A stretch of 64,000 bases of DNA. It comes from Christensenellaceae bacterium Phil1 (GTDB lineage Bacteria; Bacillota; Clostridia; Christensenellales; CAG-138). The stretch is from assembly GCA_001940855.1 (NCBI GenBank), contig MSGS01000059.1, forward strand, positions 2,245-66,244. The letters run 5' to 3'. Positions 59,154 to 64,000 of the stretch are shown piece after piece; within the stretch, counting starts at the first letter, position 1; the number at the start of each line of letters is the position of its first letter. The translations under genes and the position numbers were made by a program. The notes beneath the pieces were generated by a model, which was given only the letters and a program-made list of their open reading frames with translations, had not been told where the DNA came from and did no database searches.

Positions 59154-59444
59154 CTATTCGCCGTCCCGCTCCGCTTCCTTTTCCCTTTCAAGGAACAGCT
59201 TGAAAACCGCGTCCAGCACATTTGGGTCGTCCACGCCGCGCAGCTCTTCCTCTTCATCATCGGCGCCGGCCATAAGCTCCAATATAACAAGCTCCGGCTC
59301 GTCGCTTTCATCGTCCACGGGGAACAGCACGGCGTATTCCTTGCCAAGGAACGGCACAACGTCCATTATTTCATAGGCAAGCTCGTTTCCGTCCCTGTCC
59401 TCAAGGGCGATAAGGTCATTCTGATCTATTTCCATATTTATCAC
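59154..59444 (-). CDS. DUF1292 family acidic protein
   Basis: I.L.D.DG.E..YE, GKEYAVL.P, highly acidic. Confidence 0.85.
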   Translation of the reverse strand: MINMEIDQNDLIALEDRDGNELAYEIMDVVPFLGKEYAVLFPVDDESDEPELVILELMAGADDEEEELRGVDDPNVLDAVFKLFLEREKEAERDGE

Positions 59445-59450
59445 CGAAGC

Positions 59451-60386
59451 TTACGCCTTGTTCTCGCAGCCGAGCACATACTGTATTTTGTGCATTACCA
59501 TCTGCTTTATGGCTTCGCGGCCGGGCTTTAGATACTGGCGCGGGTCAAAATGGTCGGGATGGGTATAAAGATGCTCGCGCACGCTTGCGGTCATGGCAAG
59601 GCGCAGATCGGAATCAATATTTATCTTGCAGACTGCCATGCTTGCGGCCTGGCGCAGCATATCCTCCGGCACGCCTATGGCATCGGGCATATTGCCGCCG
59701 TATTTGTTTATCTTTTCAACAAATTCGGGTATAACGCTGCTTGCACCGTGCAGCACTATGGGGAAGCCGGGCAGGCGCTTCTGAACCTCTTCAAGAATAT
59801 CGAAGCGGAGCTGCGGCTTGGTGCCGGGCTTAAACTTATATGCGCCGTGGCTGGTGCCTATGGCTATGGCAAGGGAATCCACGCCGGTGCGGGTAACAAA
59901 ATCGTAAACCTGATCGGGATCGGTATAGCTGCCCTGGCCTATGGCAACCTTAACGTCGTCCTCAACGCCTTCAAGGCGGCCGAGCTCGCCTTCTACCACA
60001 ACGCCGTGGTCGTGAGCATATTCAACCACCTGGCGGGTGAGCGCCACGTTATCCTCGTAAGCATGGTGGCTGCCGTCTATCATGACGGAGGTGAAGCCGC
60101 CGTCTATGCAGCTTTTGCAAAGCTCAAAGCTGTCGCCATGGTCAAGATGCAGGCATATGGGCAGGCCGGTTTCGATTATTGCGGCCTCAACAAGCTTCAT
60201 AAGGTAAGTATGGTTGGCGTATTTGCGCGCGCCTGCGGACACCTGAAGTATCAGCGGGGCGTTGAGCTCCTTTGCGCCTTCGGTTATGCCCTGGATTATC
60301 TCCATGTTATTTACGTTGAACGCGCCTATGGCGTAGCCGCCTTCATAGGCCTTTTTGAACATTTCGGTACTGGTTACAAGAGGCAT
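59451..60386 (-). CDS. fba: Class II fructose-1,6-bisphosphate aldolase
   Basis: GAFNVNN, LHLDHG, SVMIDGS, GTSHG.YK, VLHGAS, KINID. Confidence 0.96.
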   Translation of the reverse strand: MPLVTSTEMFKKAYEGGYAIGAFNVNNMEIIQGITEGAKELNAPLILQVSAGARKYANHTYLMKLVEAAIIETGLPICLHLDHGDSFELCKSCIDGGFTSVMIDGSHHAYEDNVALTRQVVEYAHDHGVVVEGELGRLEGVEDDVKVAIGQGSYTDPDQVYDFVTRTGVDSLAIAIGTSHGAYKFKPGTKPQLRFDILEEVQKRLPGFPIVLHGASSVIPEFVEKINKYGGNMPDAIGVPEDMLRQAASMAVCKINIDSDLRLAMTASVREHLYTHPDHFDPRQYLKPGREAIKQMVMHKIQYVLGCENKA

Positions 60387-60516
60387 ATTTTTATCTCCTT
60401 TACATGTTCATAGTTACCATTATTATATACTATTTGGCGCGATAAGCCAACATATACATTGCTTATAATTACATATGCTGATAAAATAGTGCCAATATTG
60501 ACGGATTTGATGGGAG

Positions 60517-61437
60517 ATGATGCGCATGACGCATTCAAGATTTGAAGCAGCAAGAAAATGGCTCGTGTTCTGGACGCTGTTCATAGGCATAGGCGCGGTA
60601 GCCGGGGCGACGGAGATGCTGGTCGACCCATCCGGCAAGGCGATGGGCATGGCGGCGATGCTGCCGTATTTTCAGGTGCTGCCGTTTGCGGAGTATGTGT
60701 TTCAGGATTTTGTATTTTCGGGCATAGCGCTGCTGATAGTGAACGGGCTGAGCAATCTTACTGCGGCGGGACTGCTTTTTGCGCGGAAAAAAGCGGGCGT
60801 TATACTGGGCGGCGTGTTCGGCGTTACGCTCATGCTTTGGATATGCATACAGTTTGTTATATTCCCGCTGAACGTGATGTCCACGTTGTATTTCATATTC
60901 GGCCTTGCGCAGGCGTGTACGGGCTACGCGGCGTATGTGTTCATGCGGCAGGAAAGCTTCACCGTGGACACGGCGAAGTACAAAAACATAGGCCGCGACA
61001 AAACGCGGCTGGTGGTATATTTTTCCCGCATGGGATACACAAAGCGGACGGCATACGAAGCGGCGGACGTTTTGGGCGCAGATATATATGAAATAAAGGC
61101 GACGGAGCGCACGGAGGGGACGATCGGCTTCTGGTGGTGCGGCAGGTTCGGCATGCACCGCTGGCCGATGCCGATAGAGGATATATCCATAGATTTGACC
61201 AAATACAGCCACGTTACCATATGCTCTCCCATATGGGTATTCGCGCTGTGCGCGCCGGTGAGGGAGTTCTGCATAAGGGCGAAGGGAAGAATCAAGGAAG
61301 TTGATTACGTTTTGCTGCACCACACGCAGGGAAAATACCTTAACGCGGCGAAAGAGATGGATGACCTCCTGTGCCTTACCCACACCGCGCTAAAAAACAT
61401 ACAGTGCAGAGTTGGGAAGATGAGGGAGGTAAAATAA
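60517..61437 (+). CDS. Four-TM membrane domain fused to a flavodoxin-like domain
   Basis: Hydrophobic N-terminal half; C-terminal LVVYFSRMGYT, CSPIW. Confidence 0.75.
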   Translation: MMRMTHSRFEAARKWLVFWTLFIGIGAVAGATEMLVDPSGKAMGMAAMLPYFQVLPFAEYVFQDFVFSGIALLIVNGLSNLTAAGLLFARKKAGVILGGVFGVTLMLWICIQFVIFPLNVMSTLYFIFGLAQACTGYAAYVFMRQESFTVDTAKYKNIGRDKTRLVVYFSRMGYTKRTAYEAADVLGADIYEIKATERTEGTIGFWWCGRFGMHRWPMPIEDISIDLTKYSHVTICSPIWVFALCAPVREFCIRAKGRIKEVDYVLLHHTQGKYLNAAKEMDDLLCLTHTALKNIQCRVGKMREVK

Positions 61438-61458
61438 CACAATACGGAGGGCGAATAT

Positions 61459-62160
61459 GTGAAAAGGACATTGGTCGTGGTTTTGCTATGCTTGGGACTG
61501 CTTGCCGCAGGGTGCAGCGGCTCGCAAGAGCCTGCAACACAAGCAAATAATATAGCACAGGCGGATGGCGATGCGCCGTCCCCATATGCGGAGGCGTACA
61601 GCGAACTGTGCGCCGGATACGACGCTATCAATGAGTATAAGGAAGCGACCGATAAGCTGAGGGAAAGCGTTGGCGATGAAATAGCGCATTCGCTGGTGTG
61701 CTGCTGCCTTGATTTTGAAGATGCCGGACATTATGTGACCGGAGCGTATTTTGACGACAGCGCGTTCGATTTTTACAATACGAACTATTCCATTTTGAAA
61801 AATCGGTATGAATCGCTTGCGCAAAGTGCTCAGAAGGCGAATATTGAAAGCAACGGCATAGTGCTGAGCGAATACTGCTACGTCAGCGGGAGCAGGAACC
61901 TGAGCGCGGCATTTGAATTTGCAAATACTGCGCGGGACGAAAACGGGGAAACGCCCACGGCGGAAGAAATTGCGCAGAGCAGGAGCATGACCGCATACGT
62001 CAACGGAAATCCGGTGAAGGCGGAATACGAACCGGTATACGCGCCAAAATGCTTGGAAAAATATGGGTATTACAGAATGGATTGGTCAGAGCTTGGCACG
62101 GCCGGCGGTACGGTTGAAATGCATATAGGCGACAGCGTTTTCACGATAGAACTGAACTAA
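61459..62160 (+). CDS. Hypothetical lipoprotein
   Basis: GTG start after GGAGG, lipobox AAGC. Confidence 0.75.
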   Translation: MKRTLVVVLLCLGLLAAGCSGSQEPATQANNIAQADGDAPSPYAEAYSELCAGYDAINEYKEATDKLRESVGDEIAHSLVCCCLDFEDAGHYVTGAYFDDSAFDFYNTNYSILKNRYESLAQSAQKANIESNGIVLSEYCYVSGSRNLSAAFEFANTARDENGETPTAEEIAQSRSMTAYVNGNPVKAEYEPVYAPKCLEKYGYYRMDWSELGTAGGTVEMHIGDSVFTIELN

Positions 62161-62283
62161 ACAAAACAGGGTGGATATGACACTGATGTAAATTATATAT
62201 GTGCGCAACACATGTCCTCCCCCTTGATTTTTTTTAGTTATATGCTACAATATATGCAGAATAATGACCGGAGGTAATATACC

Positions 62284-62454
62284 ATGGCTTATAAGATCAC
62301 TGATGCTTGCATCTCCTGCGGCGCGTGCGAAGGCGCTTGCCCCGTTGGCGCTATCTCCCAGGGCGAGGATCATTACGAGATCAACCCCGATATGTGCATC
62401 GAGTGCGGCGCGTGCGAAGGCGCTTGCCCCGTTGGCGCACCCAAGCAGGACTAA
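62284..62454 (+). CDS. Clostridial-type 2[4Fe-4S] ferredoxin (56 aa, not in the ORF track)
   Basis: [56 protein letters not shown]; RBS GGAGG. Confidence 0.96.
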   Translation: MAYKITDACISCGACEGACPVGAISQGEDHYEINPDMCIECGACEGACPVGAPKQD

Positions 62455-62474
62455 TTAACTGCGAATCAAGGATC

Positions 62475-62503
62475 GGCCCTTCCGTTAAAGGGAGGGCCCT
62501 TTC
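62475..62503 (+). terminator. Terminator after ferredoxin
   Basis: GGCCCTTCC-GTTAAA-GGGAGGGCC then CTTT. Confidence 0.6.
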
Positions 62504-62576
62504 TGTATCTTATCTGAACAGAAATTCGATCTATGCGGCTCTAAAGGCCGTTTTTAGGTGTAGGGAAGGCTAATAT

Positions 62577-63488
62577 ATGGAAAAAGGTATCACAAGGCCG
62601 AACGGAAGCAAAAAATACATAGGCATACTGCTCATGCTCACATGCGCGCTGCTTTGGAGCGCAAACGGCCTTTGCATAAAGCTTACGCCGTGGAACTCAA
62701 TGGTGCTGGCGGGCTGGCGCGGCTTCGCGGGGGCGATAACGCTGTTTATCGCCATGAAGGCGCTGAAAATGAAAATAAGCATAAACGGCCGCACCGTACT
62801 GATAGGCACATGCGTATGCGCGACGGGATTCCTTTACATAATAGCCAACCGCCTTACAACGGCGGCGAACGCGATAGTGCTGCAATACACGTCGCCCGTA
62901 TGGCTTGTGATACTGAGCATGGTATTCTTCAAAAAGAAATACCGCGGGCTTGACTACGCGGCGGTGCTGCTTACGGTTGGCGGCATTGCGCTTTTCTTCA
63001 TGGATCAGCTTAAACCCGGCGGGGCGCTGGGCAACATAATAGCTATAATCGACGGATGCAGCCTTGCGGGCGCGTACCTTTTGATGGGCGAAAGCGAGGG
63101 CGGCAACCGCCTTTCCGGCACGCTGGTAGGCCTTGTGCTGATGGCGATAGTGGGCATACCGTTCACGTTTGTTTATCCGCCGGAGGTGACTACGATATCG
63201 GTAGTGATGGTGGCGGTTATGGGCATATTCATGCTTGGGCTGCCGTATGCATTGTACAGCGTGGCAATAAACTATTGCCCGCCGCTCGGCTGCGTGCTGA
63301 TAAGCTCTGTTGAGATAGTGCTAAACCCCGTATGGGTATGGCTCGGCACGGGCGAAATGCCGGATACGTTCGCCATGATTGGCAGCGCGGTGATACTTGT
63401 TACGGTAACGCTGTGGTGCGCACTGGGCGGCGCGCAGGCAAAGGAAATAGAAATGGAGATAGAGGAATCAAAGGAGTTGGAAGGATAA
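62577..63488 (+). CDS. DMT/EamA family transporter
   Basis: LWSANG, LQYTSP, EIVLNP, multiple TM helices. Confidence 0.88.
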   Translation: MEKGITRPNGSKKYIGILLMLTCALLWSANGLCIKLTPWNSMVLAGWRGFAGAITLFIAMKALKMKISINGRTVLIGTCVCATGFLYIIANRLTTAANAIVLQYTSPVWLVILSMVFFKKKYRGLDYAAVLLTVGGIALFFMDQLKPGGALGNIIAIIDGCSLAGAYLLMGESEGGNRLSGTLVGLVLMAIVGIPFTFVYPPEVTTISVVMVAVMGIFMLGLPYALYSVAINYCPPLGCVLISSVEIVLNPVWVWLGTGEMPDTFAMIGSAVILVTVTLWCALGGAQAKEIEMEIEESKELEG

Positions 63489-63491
63489 AGC

Positions 63492-63540
63492 ACTCCCTCA
63501 GTCAAACCTTTGGTTTGCCAGCTCCCTCCAAGAGGGAGCC
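63492..63540 (+). repeat. Two-hairpin repeat unit immediately upstream of the DUF559 gene
   Basis: 47/49 identical to 56476-56524. Confidence 0.88.
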
Positions 63541-63563
63541 TTTTGGCAGAAAGGAAGATAGTT

Positions 63564-63920
63564 ATGTCCTTGCCGTATAAAGGGGAGTTAATACCAAGGG
63601 CGCGGGAACTCAGAAAGGAGTCCACAAAGCAGGAAAAGCATTTGTGGTATGATTTCCTTAAGGATTATCCCGTAAGATTTCAACGGCAAAAAACAATAAA
63701 GGGGTTTATAGCCGATTTTTATTGCGCCAAGGCAAAATTGATTATTGAATTAGATGGTAGGCAGCATTATTCGGAGCAGGGGAAGCTATATGACAACGAG
63801 CGTTCCGCTTTGCTGGGCGAATACGGTTTAACGGTGCTTAGGTTTTCCAACTATGCCGTTGACAATGATTTTGAGAGCGTGTGCGCTCTGATAGATGCAA
63901 CGGTAAAAGCGCGGGTATAA
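63564..63920 (+). CDS. DUF559 / Vsr-like endonuclease domain protein (118 aa)
   Basis: RARELRK..T..E..LW, FQRQ, FIADFYC, LIIELDG.QH, D..R...L...G..VLRF.N; RBS AAGGA before ATG 63564. Confidence 0.9.
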   Translation: MSLPYKGELIPRARELRKESTKQEKHLWYDFLKDYPVRFQRQKTIKGFIADFYCAKAKLIIELDGRQHYSEQGKLYDNERSALLGEYGLTVLRFSNYAVDNDFESVCALIDATVKARV

Positions 63921-63947
63921 AGGCACTGCGGCTTTAAGACATCATAA

Positions 63948-64000
63948 GCCTCCCTCTTAGAGGGAGGTGGCTGCGAGCGCAGTGAGCAGACGGAAGGAGT
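63948..64000 (-). repeat. Inverted two-hairpin repeat unit downstream of the DUF559 gene
   Basis: GCCTCCCTCTTAGAGGGAGGTGG-hairpin-GACGGAAGGAGT, same scaffold as 28731-28784 and 56339-56393. Confidence 0.85.

Noticed and set aside
63510-63563. N-terminal extension of the DUF559 ORF in the track
   Set aside because: Derived from the repeat unit; the RBS supports ATG at 63564

Overview
Clostridia-like (Bacillota) chromosomal window, mostly housekeeping and peptide-utilisation genes: tRNA-Thr(GGT), proC, lysS, greA, a C-terminal protease, a glpK/G3P-dehydrogenase operon, an Opp/Ami-type ABC operon with fused ATPases, desulfoferrodoxin, ftsH, yajC, dusB, a Na/Pi cotransporter, a SpoIIQ-like M23 protein, a six-peptidase cluster, KamB/KamC-like genes, fba and a ferredoxin. 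Two accessory systems stand out. (1) An ~11.4-kb integrative element (1592-12989) sits in the 3' end of lysS and replaces its last codons. It has Int/Xis, an SF2-like helicase, a repressor-controlled ArdC operon bracketed by two arrays of a degenerate ~29-bp hairpin repeat, a second minimal tyrosine recombinase and surface-protein cargo, but no relaxase, T4SS or capsid gene. (2) About 17 copies of a ~50-bp two-hairpin intergenic repeat occur in four clusters as inverted pairs. One pair brackets a DUF559/Vsr-like endonuclease gene while others hold only short linkers, suggesting a REP/REPIN-like selfish system run by a non-HUH nuclease. One cluster is wrapped in 112-bp inverted repeats and holds a degenerate hammerhead-like fold. 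All calls come from reading the sequence by eye; no database searches were run.
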